DNA of 63,325 nt, the filler included, from Octopus bimaculoides (lineage: Eukaryota), in the NCBI RefSeq assembly GCF_001194135.2. It is 5 parts of 4 records of this genome, joined end to end, with 100 filler letters (N's around TTAATTAATTAA, not from the genome) between each part and the next. Parts side by side here need not be neighbours in the genome. Positions count along the whole stretch, not along the records: positions 52,297 to 56,378 come from NC_069002.1; positions 56,479 to 60,673 come from NC_068985.1; positions 60,774 to 63,325 come from NC_068994.1; 2 more parts are not named here. One strand, given 5' to 3'. Positions 52,197 to 63,325 of the stretch are shown in pieces (position 1 is the stretch's first letter; the number at the start of each line of letters is the position of its first letter). A program made the position numbers and the translations under genes. The notes under the pieces were generated by a model that saw only the letters and a list, made by a program, of their open reading frames with translations, was not told the DNA's origin and searched no databases.

Positions 52197-52296
52197 NNNN
52201 NNNNNNNNNNNNNNNNNNNNNNNNNNNNNNNNNNNNNNNNTTAATTAATTAANNNNNNNNNNNNNNNNNNNNNNNNNNNNNNNNNNNNNNNNNNNN
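52197..52296. other. Artificial 100-bp scaffold join
   Basis: 44 N + ttaattaattaa + 44 N. Confidence 0.9.
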
Positions 52297-52300
52297 CTCC

Positions 52301-52352
<52 letters not shown>

Positions 52353-52371
52353 TCTTATTGGGCCCGACTGA

Positions 52372-52736
52372 CTTCAGTCCCACTGCGTGGCACCTTGGGC
52401 AAGTGTCTTCTACTATAGCCTCGGGCCGACCAAAGTCTTGTGAGTGGATTTGGTAGACGGAAACTGAAAGAAGCCTGTCGTATATATGTATATATATATT
52501 TGTATGTGTGTATATGTTGTGTATCTGTGTTTGTCACCCCAACATCGCTTGACAACCGATGCTTGTGTGTTTACGTCCCCATAACTTAGTGGTTCGGCAA
52601 CAGAGACCGATAAAATAAGTACTAGGCTTACAAAGAATAAGTCCTGGGCTCGATTTGCTCGACTAAAGGCGGTGCTCCAACATGGCCGCAGTCAAAATGA
52701 CTGAAACAAGTAAAAGAGTAAAAGAGTAAAGAGAGT
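52372..52736 (+). mobile_element. SINE family A, 5' head partly missing, CpG-rich (young-looking)
   Basis: ttcagtcccactgcgtggcaccttgggcaagtgtc...aaaagagtaaaagagtaaagagag. Confidence 0.92.
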
Positions 52737-53494
52737 ATGGTAAAATTTTATAAACGACGTGGATTTTAAAAACTATGCAAAGGCGAATAAATAAATACAT
52801 ACATAGATAAATAAACAAATAATGGATTCTATGTAGAAAGACAGTTTAGAACGAATGAAAAGAAGAAAGCTGAAGAATCTGCAGAAATTTGAAGAACGAA
52901 AAAAGAAAAAATTTAAAGAGCGTAGAAAGAAAACGACGAAAGAAATAAATTAGAGGATGAATGAAATAGGAAGCGTTGGGAAGTAACTGAAGAATATGAT
53001 CAAAGAGCATGAATAAAGACAGACAGCAAATAAATGAATAAAAGACAAGATAGGATTGTTAAAGTGAAGATTTAAGAAGTAGAGTTACGAAGAAGACGCC
53101 GCCGCTGCCGACATCGTCGTGACCATCATCATCGATACTATCGGCTGCCACCACCACCACCACCACCATCACTAGCATGATTATCTCTACCGTCATCATC
53201 ATTATAACCACCACCATCATTATCAATAACAATAACGTTTACTATGCTGAAATTAAGGATCAGAAGGAACCATTCCGCAGATGCACCGGTTTGGATGAAA
53301 TGAGTTACATGGCAACTGGTGTTTCGAGGTCTCCGATCAAAAGACAATCCATCTGTGACTATCCTGGCTTTGTAGAAGTAGGTCTAGAACTACACTATCT
53401 AATGTGTCTTTGTTTTTTTCCCTCAAGATGATACTGGTATAATTTTAAAAACATTTGACTGCTATTTCTGACATTTCGAGCGACCATCTATGGA

Positions 53495-53680
53495 GTTGTT
53501 TAACCTCAAGTAAGACCCCGAGTGATTCATGATCAAATATGTTCCGGTCATGACCATCCAGTCTTTTTAACAACTTACATTATTTAATGTATCCTTTATT
53601 TTCAAGGACGGTAGGATATGATTTGAATGAGATTTGACTACTATTTCTAGCAGGTTGAATTGTCTGGTGAAATAGGTGGT
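53495..53680 (-). mobile_element. SINE-like family E ((CAA)n-tailed)
   Basis: gatcaaatatgttccggtcatgaccatcc...gagatttgactactatttctagcagg. Similar pieces lie at 6860-6950, 14215-14330, 15030-15150, 55285-55500 and 55651-56035. Confidence 0.65.
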
Positions 53681-53972
53681 GATGGTGGTAGTGGAGGTGG
53701 CGGCGCAGAATAAACTTGTTATTGTTTTGCCCCCAGGTCAGCCATAATGAGAAGAATTATGATCAAAGACAGCATACCTATACAAGTGTGTTCCATCGCC
53801 TTTGTTTCTTCATACCTTTCGGGAAAATGGTTATTTTTAAATGAAATTTTCGACAAATACCTTTCAGATAGTGTAGATTACGATTATACCGGAACCGAAT
53901 TAAAAAAAAAAAAAATTTTTAAAGAGAGAGAAAATTGATCATCCACACATACATATTGACATACATCACATA

Positions 53973-54193
53973 TATTCTTTTATTCTTTTACTTGTTTCAA
54001 TCATTTGACTGCGGCTATGCTGGAGCACCGCCTTTAGTCGAATCAAATCGACCCCAGGACTTATTCTTTGTAAGCCTAGTACTTATTCTATCGTGCTCTT
54101 TTTGCCGAACCGCTAAGTTACGGGGACGTAAACACGCCAGCATCGGTTGTCAAGCGATGTTGGGGGGACAAACACAGATACACAACATATACA
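53973..54193 (-). mobile_element. SINE family A, 3' half, ending at an N gap
   Basis: ttcttttacttgtttcaatcatttgactgcggctatgctggagcaccgcctttagtcga. Confidence 0.9.
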
Positions 54194-54764
54194 NNNNNNN
54201 NNNNNNNNNNNNNNNNNNNNNNNNNNNNNNNNNNNNNNNNNNNNNNNNNNNNNNNNNNNNNNNNNNNNNNNNNNNNNNNNNNNNNNNNNNNNNNNNNNNN
54301 NNNNNNNNNNNNNNNNNNNNNNNNNNNNNNNNNNNNNNNNNNNNNNNNNNNNNNNNNNNNNNNNNNNNNNNNNNNNNNNNNNNNNNNNNNNNNNNNNNNN
54401 NNNNNNNNNNNNNNNNNNNNNNNNNNNNNNNNNNNNNNNNNNNNNNNNNNNNNNNNNNNNNNNNNNNNNNNNNNNNNNNNNNNNNNNNNNNNNNNNNNNN
54501 NNNNNNNNNNNNNNNNNNNNNNNNNNNNNNNNNNNNNNNNNNNNNNNNNNNNNNNNNNNNNNNNNNNNNNNNNNNNNNNNNNNNNNNNNNNNNNNNNNNN
54601 NNNNNNNNNNNNNNNNNNNNNNNNNNNNNNNNNNNNNNNNNNNNNNNNNNNNNNNNNNNNNNNNNNNNNNNNNNNNNNNNNNNNNNNNNNNNNNNNNNNN
54701 NNNNNNNNNNNNNNNNNNNNNNGCTATTTCTAGCAGGGCAAGACATTGCGTATAGACTTCCGTT

Positions 54765-55650
54765 TTTTTCTTTTCTTTTTTTCAGTCATTGGACTGCGGC
54801 CATACTGCGGCACCGCCTAGAAGTGTTTTACGTCGAATGAATCGACTCCAGTACTTATTTTTTATTGAGCCTGGCGCATATTCTCTTTTACCGAACCACT
54901 AAGTTACGGGGACGTAAACACCAATACCGGTTGTCAAGCGGTGATGGAGGGCACACACACACACGCGCGCGCGACAGGTTTCGTTCAGTTTCTGTCTACC
55001 AAATCTACTCACAAAGCTTTAGTCAACCCGAGGCTATAGTTGAAAATACTTATTTCTTCACTGCCCACAAGGGGCCAAACATAGAGGGGACAAGCAAGGG
55101 ATTAAGTCGATTACATCGACCCCAGTACGTAACTGGCACTTAGGGAAATATAAACGTGAATGATTGCTTTTCCTTGTGGCATTTGTAACATGAGAGAAGG
55201 GAAATATTTTTTTCTACACGGATTCGAAACCAATTCGGCACCTTGCATCATTCGTTTTACAAGCACTCACCATATTTTATTAGAGAAGACATGGGAGCCA
55301 CAATGTGGCTGTCAGTCTGCTGGAAACAGCTGCTAAATCTCCCACAACTCGCACTCCACCACCTTAAAAAGACTACATTAGATAATGTAAGTGCTGAAAT
55401 GTGGGGTGGGAGTAGGGTAGGATAGAACAAAAACAGAATGGGGTGGTCATGGCTGGAATATCTAAATATATAGAATGGCCTGTGGCTAAACATGTACAAC
55501 AGCGACTATAATTACATCGACCCCAGTACGTAACTGGCACTTAATTTATCGACCCCGAAAGGATCAAAGGCAAAGTCGACCTCGGCGGAATGCCCAAGGT
55601 ACCACGCTATAGGACTGAACCCGGAACTATGTGGTTGGGAATCAAGCTTC
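54765..55650 (-). mobile_element. Three-level nest: SINE A interrupted by SINE B, which is interrupted by a 368-bp E-containing insert with a 33-bp direct repeat
   Basis: A breaks at ~55048 and resumes at gcccaagg ~55591. attacatcgaccccagtacgtaactggcactta occurs identically at 55110-55142 and 55511-55543. Confidence 0.85.
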
Positions 55651-56035
55651 TTCCCACACAGACAGGCCTGACGATGTTGTTATTTAACCCCAGGTTGACC
55701 CTGAGCCATCTTAGCATTATAAATCCTTTGCCAAATTAATGCACTGGGGCCTTCTCGTATTTATTGACAGCAAACCACAACATACGTAGATCAGAAGTGG
55801 GCCCCTAAACCCGTGAGGTCTTGCTTGGGTAGCTGTCTAGTTTGCCTAAGCTTTAAGACGGCGATACTGAGTCGGCCCTTTTCAAGCAGCCCTGGGATCA
55901 AAGGTATTCCATAGCAACCGATAGCATCGCTTCTTTTTATATATCAGCGCCTACATTGCTTCAACGTCTCCTTTAAAGATTATATAGGATGTGTGTAATT
56001 AGAGAGAGATTTGGCTGCTGTTTCGAGCAAGCCCA
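55651..56035 (-). mobile_element. Family E copy split by ~180 bp of unrelated sequence
   Basis: gttgttatttaaccccaggttgaccctga ... gcagccctgggatcaaaggtattcc...gagatttggctgctgtttcgagcaag. Confidence 0.55.
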
Positions 56036-56123
56036 CATTAACTTGTCATTAACTTGTTATATGTTGTTGTGGTGGCGGTGCGGGTGTGACGATGATAGTT
56101 GTTAGTAATATTACTATTGCTGT

Positions 56124-56378
56124 TAAGGCGGCGAATTGGCACAATCGTTAGCCCTTCGGGCTGAATACCGCTACGTTCTGAGTTCAAATTTCGCAAAATT
56201 ACTACGTTCTGAGCTCAGATTCCGCGAAATCGCTACGTTCTGAGTACAAATTCCGCCGAGGTCGACTTTGTCTTTCATCCTTTCGGGGTTGATAAATTAA
56301 GTACCAGTTAAGTTCTGTGATCGATATAATCGACTATCCCCCTCCCCCAAATTTCAGGCCTTGTACCCTATAGTAGAT
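56124..56378 (+). mobile_element. SINE family B (tail B2) with an internal 31-bp triplication
   Basis: ctacgttctgag... units start at 56171, 56202 and 56233. Confidence 0.88.
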
Positions 56379-56478
56379 NNNNNNNNNNNNNNNNNNNNNN
56401 NNNNNNNNNNNNNNNNNNNNNNTTAATTAATTAANNNNNNNNNNNNNNNNNNNNNNNNNNNNNNNNNNNNNNNNNNNN
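56379..56478. other. Artificial 100-bp scaffold join
   Basis: 44 N + ttaattaattaa + 44 N. Confidence 0.9.
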
Positions 56479-56502
56479 TATATGTATATATATATATGTA
56501 TG

Positions 56503-56537
<35 letters not shown>

Positions 56538-56582
56538 GTATATATATATGTATATATCTATATGTATATATATATATGTATG

Positions 56583-56613
<31 letters not shown>

Positions 56614-56656
56614 GTATATATGTATATATATACACACACACACACACACGCACACG

Positions 56657-56689
<33 letters not shown>

Positions 56690-57070
56690 ACACACACACA
56701 CACACATATATACGGCACGGCACTACAGTGACTAAGGGTACTAGTTAGCACCAGCATTGCTAGAAGTAACAGTAAAAAAAAGCTCTAGCCACAAGAAAGC
56801 GCTTATCTTATGACTGACATAAGTGCAGTCTCGTGGCTAAGAGTTGTTTACTACAATTATGAAAAATATATAATGATTATTATTTACGCTTTATCTTTTA
56901 TATATATAAGAACACAATGACCACCTGATCCGAGAATCGAAATCGTAATCTTGCGGGCGGTAGTGAGATACGCTAACCACTAGGTAACTTGCCTTCAACA
57001 TACATGCAAACACTTTTTAATATTCATTTCAGCAATTGCTTCACGCTCTTTTGAGCTTGAGGCGCGCGCG

Positions 57071-57186
<116 letters not shown>

Positions 57187-57617
57187 ATGATGTACATTCA
57201 TTTATGCAGACACTATTAAATGCGGTGAAGGCTTATGGAATAAGATTTATTGAAATCTAGATATGAGCCCGCGCGCGTGCTTGTGTGCATGTACGTCTAT
57301 ATATATGTTCAAGTCAAGGAGTGTATACACATCCTTCTTAATTTTAACATTCTTTGATAGGTTTTATTCTCTATCCTTTATGACCTCAATTTATGTTATA
57401 TATTCACTGTCAACTACAGCCAGTGTCATTTATGGCTTACAACCCTAAAATTATTCTACCCTCTTTCAGTGTACCCGCGTGCAACAGACGAAAACAACAT
57501 ACCAAGGAGAACTCAGTAGATCTTGTGAAATATCGTTTTTACACCAAGCATTTTAAATGACGCAGCCTGCACTGTTCGATGCAACACAACTGGATGTACA
57601 ATATCTTACCCCTAAGA

Positions 57618-57988
57618 GACAGCTGCAGGATGGGCCGAAACGATCGTCGTGCTGAATAAATATTCGTACTAAATCCATCTTCCGTTACCTTCATCAATTA
57701 TAAACTCAACAAGCACTGCGGATTTTCCGACGTAGACCCAGTGAAATTTATATCGTAACTATGGATGGCATCAGGTAGTTCAAACGGTAAATGTGCTTTA
57801 TACATACATACATCCATACATACATGTATATATATATATGTGTGTATGTATTTATATATGTAACTATTTAGACTTTGGGCATATGTCTATTAGTATATCA
57901 ATTAAAGTTTGATGAAGGTAACGGAAGATGGATTTAGTACGAATCTTTATTCAGCACGACAATCGTTTTGACCCATCCTGCAGCTGTC
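57618..57988. repeat. 80-bp inverted repeat (57618-57697 / 57909-57988), each arm holding a damaged hammerhead
   Basis: 76/80 identity by manual alignment. Both arms carry GAC...G(C/T)C-(G/A)AA-AC GAT(C/T) GT-C. Confidence 0.88.
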
Positions 57989-58020
57989 ATTTCTCCACAG
58001 ACTGAAAAAAATGATGAACA

Positions 58021-58063
58021 ACCTTAATCGATTTTCGAACCTTATTGGGTTCTCATCAGAGAC
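58021..58063 (-). ncRNA. Minimal type I hammerhead ribozyme, complete core
   Basis: GUCU-CUGAUGA-GAACC caauaa GGUUC-GAA-AA ucga UU-A-AGGU. Stem II is a perfect 5 bp, stem III has the palindrome AAUCGAUU, and the cleavage triplet is UUA (58025). Confidence 0.75.
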
Positions 58064-58262
58064 GTCTACACCATTCTGACAGTCTCCAGCGAAACAAGTA
58101 GTCATATAGATAATACACATAATTTTACCTTTATATTCATTCACAAGCACACACTCTCACACACTGAAGAATACATACATATACATATATACATACATAC
58201 AAACACACATAAGCACACACACGCACACACACACACATATATATTAAAGAGATCTGTTGTGT

Positions 58263-58530
58263 AAGGCCGGAACAATGCAAGAAGGTACAATGTAAACTAC
58301 AAAACGCAAACAAAACAAAACAAAGTTGCTGTTTTACCATGTATTACTATATTTTGGGGCTATGACATTTGGAAAAAGTGGTTTTCGGAAAAACTACCGC
58401 TTTTTTCAAATGTCCTGAAGAAGTGGCTATAACACCGAAATGTAGAAACACAAGGTAAAACCGTAACTTTATTTTGTTTTACTTTTCCTTTTGTTGTTTA
58501 CTTTATACTCTCCTGCATTGTTCCGGCCTT
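58263..58530. repeat. Foldback element with ~77-bp arms and a decayed hammerhead (58411-58450 +) inside
   Basis: Arms 58263-58338 and 58454-58530 are about 64/77 identical. The interior has tgtc-CTGAAGA-agtggctataacacc-GAA-atgt-a and the hairpin gacatttg...caaatgtc. Confidence 0.8.
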
Positions 58531-58586
58531 GAAGAATCTTTTAAAAGTAACATCACCCAGTGTTTCACTAAACCGACTCTATTATA

Positions 58587-58675
<89 letters not shown>

Positions 58676-58677
<2 letters not shown>

Positions 58678-58980
58678 TGAGACCCTCTTCGGTCATGACT
58701 GACCATGGGATTGCACCTAGAAAGTTACCTTCCCAGCCAGGCACACGTCCGAGCAAGGTTGTTTATGGAAGACCAGCAGTCGTCCATGCATACCGGCCTC
58801 CCCTCTCCACAAGCTTAGCACTTGTGACGTCACAACTCATTTCTACAGCTGAGTGAACTGGAGCAACGTGAAATAAAGTGTCTTGCTCAAGAACACAACA
58901 CGCAGCCCGGTCCGGGATTCGAACTCACAACCTCACGATCGTAAGCTCGACGCCCCAGCCACTGAGCCATGCGCCTTCAC
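58676..58980 (-). mobile_element. SINE with family C head and core but a different 3' tail
   Basis: The core gagcaacgtgaaataaagtgtcttgctcaag matches family C. The tail ...ctaggtgcaatcccatggtcagtcatgaccgaagagggtctc is unrelated to the C/D tail. Confidence 0.85.
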
Positions 58981-59033
58981 GCGCGCGCGCGCGTGTGGAG
59001 GCGCATGGCTCAGTGGTTGGAGCGTTGAGCTCC

Positions 59034-59064
<31 letters not shown>

Positions 59065-59744
59065 TGTATGTATGTACGTACGTACGTACGTATGTATGTA
59101 TGTGTGTGTGTGTATGTATGTATGTATGTATGTATGTGTATGTGTGTGTGTGGGGGTATTGGAGAAAAGAAATACCACCTAAGAATATTGGGAAAATGCT
59201 AGGGAAGATATTTAAAAAAAATGCTTCTGGTATAATACTGTGGGTTAAAATCTGTATGTAAACTGATTAAAACCGGTGGATACCTATACTCAGTAACCGA
59301 CTCTAATAAGAGAGACCCAGTCTTGCAGTCAGTTCAGAGTTGCCTTTCTTCCTAGTGTTCAATGCCGATGAAAAGATTACTTGGAAATGTATGCATACAT
59401 TGACAGAGAATGCTGCGAAGATACCTAGTATATTTACAACTTTTTGTCAACAGTGAGACAAATAAATATGTATGCATGTGTGTGTATGTGTGTATGAATA
59501 TATGTGTGTGTGTGTGTGTGCAATCGCGCGCGCGTGTGACTGAAGCTCCAGTCATCCATGCTCCAATAATTTTTTAACTTTGTAAACCTGACAGGTCATG
59601 CATTTTAGCTCTCTAAATATATTTACAAAAACAAACAAACAAACAAACAGGGTGTTATATCATGAAGTACAAGTCCTACATAATGCATATAGACACATAT
59701 ATACGGACAAGAGCAGCTATGAATTTGTCATATTGCCAATTTTT

Positions 59745-60140
59745 TAAATCTTTTAATCGTTCCAGTTACTATACTGCGACTATGCTGGAGCACCGCCTCT
59801 AAGGGTTTTAGTCGAACAGATCGACCCAAGTACTTATTTTCTTTCACAACGGTCTCTTTTGCCGAACCGCTAGGTTACGGGGACCGAAACCCTAAACAAA
59901 CCAACACCGGTTGTCAAGAAGCGTGTGAGATAAACACAAATACAAAGACACACACACATGTACATACACACATACATATACGACAAGCTTCTTTCAGTTT
60001 CCGTCTATCAAATTCCCTTACAAGGCATTGATCTGTATGGAGCTATAGTAGAAGAAACTTGGCCAAGGTGCCGCGCAAGGGAAATGCACCCGAAAGCACC
60101 TGGTTGCAAATCTTGCTTCTTAACCCCGCAACATGTCTGC
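59745..60140 (-). mobile_element. SINE family A
   Basis: ctatgctggagcaccgcc...ttgccgaaccgctaggttacggg...gctatagtagaagaaacttggccaaggtgccgc. Confidence 0.85.
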
Positions 60141-60494
60141 GCCAACAGAAAAAAAATTACCAAATAAAGTGGTGTTTCCATTATTTTGACCAATTCCTGT
60201 ATATATGGAATAGGTGTAGATGAAGCTAATCATGTAGGTAAGATTCTTATTTTGAGGGGTGGGAAACTAAAGAATCTCACAATTACTCTGAGGTAATTGC
60301 TAATTGTAGAGAGGAAACCAAGGGAAGTCAATGTACTGAGAATAAGCTATTGATTTTATGTCCGGTTATGCAGCTGATTTGGTGGTATTTACTAAGCGGT
60401 CATTCACTGATGTTGACAACAAATTTGAATTCAAGGTAATGATAGAGCTCAACACTCACCGACCTAAAAATGAAAGGATTTATTTGATAATATA

Positions 60495-60634
60495 GTGACT
60501 GTGTGATAAGAAGTTTGCTTCCCCACTCCATCGTTTTGGGGCCAATCCCACTGCATGGCACCTTAGACATAGCCTCGGGCCGACCGAATCCTTGTGAGTA
60601 GATCTAGTTAACGGAAACTGAAAAAAGCCCGCCG

Positions 60635-60673
<39 letters not shown>
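60495..60673 (+). mobile_element. SINE family A, 5' half, ending at a join
   Basis: cccactgcatggcacctt...gcctcgggccgaccgaatccttgtgag...ggaaactgaaaaaagcccgccg. Confidence 0.75.
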
Positions 60674-60773
60674 NNNNNNNNNNNNNNNNNNNNNNNNNNN
60701 NNNNNNNNNNNNNNNNNTTAATTAATTAANNNNNNNNNNNNNNNNNNNNNNNNNNNNNNNNNNNNNNNNNNNN
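60674..60773. other. Artificial 100-bp scaffold join
   Basis: 44 N + ttaattaattaa + 44 N. Confidence 0.9.
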
Positions 60774-60821
<48 letters not shown>

Positions 60822-61104
60822 CACACACACTTTATTTCTAATTAAGTGTCCAAAATGTTTTAGTTTTCACTCTTTGATGGCTTCCAATAAAATTTTCTTA
60901 GTTTTGCCATTTTCACTATTCCATCATTATATTTATTTTTTTCTGTGCTGTCCATGAGATATAACAACAACAACAACAGCAACAGCAACACTCATACATC
61001 CAAGCTTATACATTAAGGTACCGATATAAACTGCACACACACACACACATACATACACACATGTATATACGTACATGTGCGTGTGTATATGTATATATTC
61101 TTTT

Positions 61105-61320
61105 ATATGTATATATTCTTTTATTCTTTTACTTGCTTCAGTCATTTGACTGCGGCCAAGCTGGAGCGCTGTCTTTAGTCGAGCTAATCGACCCAAGGAC
61201 TTAATCTTTATAAGCCTACTACTTATTCTATCGATGTCTTTTGCCGAACTGCTAGGTTACAGGGACGTAAACACACCAGCACCCGTTGCCAAGCGATGGT
61301 GGTAGTGGTGGGGACAAACA
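61105..61320 (-). mobile_element. SINE family A, 3' half
   Basis: ttcttttacttgcttcagtcatttgactgcggccaagctggagc. Confidence 0.85.
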
Positions 61321-61654
61321 CCAACCCACTAAAGGTGAGGTATGACACATCAGCAACAACAAATCCGTGAGTCGCCATAGGTCAACTTGATCGGAGTTCA
61401 ACTGGAGGTAAACAGCAGTAGAATCGACAACAACAACATAACCATGATATCATTTATATGAACCGAAATATCACATTTTTAGCCTTGGTTGTATGTTAGT
61501 CCATATTCAAAAATGGCTCCAGCCGTTTATTAATCTTTATGATAAAAGATTATATGCCGTCCTTCGTCACTCGTTAGTTCTATAATTATTGAGTACGGTG
61601 GTATATACCTAAACACACATACATAGATACATAGTTATGAATGTATATATGCGT

Positions 61655-61880
61655 GTGGAGGACTGGGGTGCTAGTGGTTAGTGTGTAACACTAATCATCA
61701 TAAGATTGTCATTTCGATTGCGGACAGGAAAGGTTTTGTGTTCTTGAGCAGAGCACTTCATTTCACGTTGCCCCAGTCCACTCAGCAGGCAAAAATGAGT
61801 AAACCAGCGACGGACCGGCGTCTCATTCTGTGGGGAAATACACACCCCACAGACTCCGGGAAACCTACTTTATGAGTCTG
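61655..61880 (+). mobile_element. SINE with family C head and core and a third tail type (V-domain-like)
   Basis: cacgttgccccagtccactcagcaggcaaaaatgagtaa followed by ccagcgacggaccggcgtctcattctgtgggg. Confidence 0.65.
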
Positions 61881-61909
61881 GGGTTCAGGAAAGACTTTTG
61901 ATTTCTTTG

Positions 61910-62258
61910 TGTGAGTGGCACCTTGGTCAAGTGTCTTCTGCTTTGGCCTTGGGCCGATCAAAGCTTTACGAGTGGATGTGGTAGACGGTAACTGAAAGAA
62001 GCTCGTCGTATCTATATATTTGTGTATGTGTGTGTGTGTGTGTATGAGTGTCAGTGTATGTGTGTGTGTGCGTGTTTCTTTGTCCGCTGCTACCATCACT
62101 TGCCAACTGGTGTTGGCTTGTTTACGTTCCGGTAAATTAGCAGTTCGGCAAAAGAGACCGATAGAATAAAGTACCAGGCTTTAAAAATAAGTACCGGGAG
62201 AATTCTTCAATGTGATTCTCCAGTATGGCTGCAGTCTACCGACTGAAAGAAATAAGAA
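61910..62258 (+). mobile_element. SINE family A, 5'-truncated
   Basis: gtggcaccttggtcaagtgtcttc...gttcggcaaaagagaccgatagaataaagtacc. Confidence 0.85.
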
Positions 62259-62476
62259 ATATAAGAAGATGTGTACAAATGCTATACACTGTGCCCTTGA
62301 CTCACTAGTGTCACTCATCAACCGCTTAAAAGTATATTCCTGCCTTGCCCGCTTGGCCGTCACTCGCAAGCGATTATGGCGGCGTGGCTTCTACAATTCT
62401 TTTACTAATTACGTTAGAGGCCCCTGTAGTCAGTCGCGAGCAGGCATAGTCACTCTCTTGTCTCTTTCCAAGACTG

Positions 62477-62800
62477 AGAAAGCGCGTGGCTTAGTGGTTA
62501 GGACATCCGGCTCACGATCGTAAAGTCGTGAGTTCAATTCCCAGCGATGCGTTGTGTCCTTGAGCAAGACACTTTATTTCACGTTGCTCCAGTCCACTCG
62601 GTTGGCAAAAATGAGTAGTACCTGTAATTCAAAGGGCCGGCCTTGTCATACTCCGTGTCACGCTGAATCCCCCCTGAGAACTACGTTAAGGTTACACGTG
62701 TCTGTGGAGTACTCAACCACTTACACGTTAATTTCACGTGCAGAGTGTTCCATTTATCCGATCAATTAGAACCCTTGTCGTCGTAACCGACAGAGTGTCA
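62477..62800 (+). mobile_element. SINE family C, full length
   Basis: gcgcgtggcttagtggttaggacatccggctcacgatcgtaaagtcgtgagttcaattcccag (A and B boxes), core, tail. Confidence 0.92.
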
Positions 62801-62829
62801 GTGCCATAGACCAAGATTGAACCAGCGCA

Positions 62830-63027
62830 ATATCGAGGATGCCGCAGCTGGAGAACGAAAGAACTGCCCCGACAGTCGGCTAGCGCTTATTTTCAGATAA
62901 GACGATTGGAGCAATGTCCAATGAAGAGCTGTGCTAAAGAACACCACACGCCGCCTGGCGCAAGAACAGAACAAACGATTTTATGATCGGGTGTCCAACA
63001 CCGGAACCACTCGGCCATGCGCTTCTT
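62830..63027 (-). mobile_element. Old SINE with C-type head
   Basis: Minus-strand gaagcgcatggccgagtggttccggtgttggacacccgatcataaaatcg. Confidence 0.6.
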
Positions 63028-63153
63028 AAAAAACATATCTGTGCTCATCTACTGAGTTCTATCTCTTATCTGTGTTCCACCAAACAATGTGAGCTTGTTT
63101 GCTTGTTGTTCTCTGTGTGTGTGTTGTGTATGTATGTGTGTGTGTGTGTGTGT

Positions 63154-63191
<38 letters not shown>

Positions 63192-63325
63192 AAATTAGGC
63201 GAGTTTTACGGAGATGTATACGTTTCAATTCTAATCGAATCTGATCGCAAGATAGTGATAGGATTCGATTAGAAAGGAAACAGAAATAACACTGAAAAAC
63301 TCATCTAACACACACACACACACAC

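Overview
AT-rich, repeat-dense eukaryotic scaffold. The tRNA-derived SINE families, mariner relics and (TA)n/(CA)n density point to an Octopus-like coleoid cephalopod (inference). I could not recognise any intact protein-coding gene. Almost all supplied ORFs are read-through of microsatellites or N gaps, or pieces of repeats. Real coding relics are all transposon-derived: three mariner derivatives, an RTE 3' end, an R4/Dong-type restriction-like endonuclease C-terminus and a LINE RT fragment. There is also one unidentified decayed ORF. About 35 SINE copies belong to a few modular families (labelled A-E here), some nested, with target-site duplications (TSDs) of 7-33 bp. The most interesting signal is a population of minimal type-I hammerhead ribozyme (HHR) motifs of the kind known from Penelope-like elements. 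Two have a complete catalytic core (2500-2560 +, 58021-58063 -), one has a single core substitution (52069-52105 -), and about eight are decayed, several arranged as inverted pairs at 57.6-58.5 kb. Other observations are a CpG-depleted domain (~9.5-21.5 kb) suggesting a methylated gene body, a pre-miRNA-sized hairpin inside it, and four artificial 100-bp scaffold joins. All alignments and counts were done by eye.
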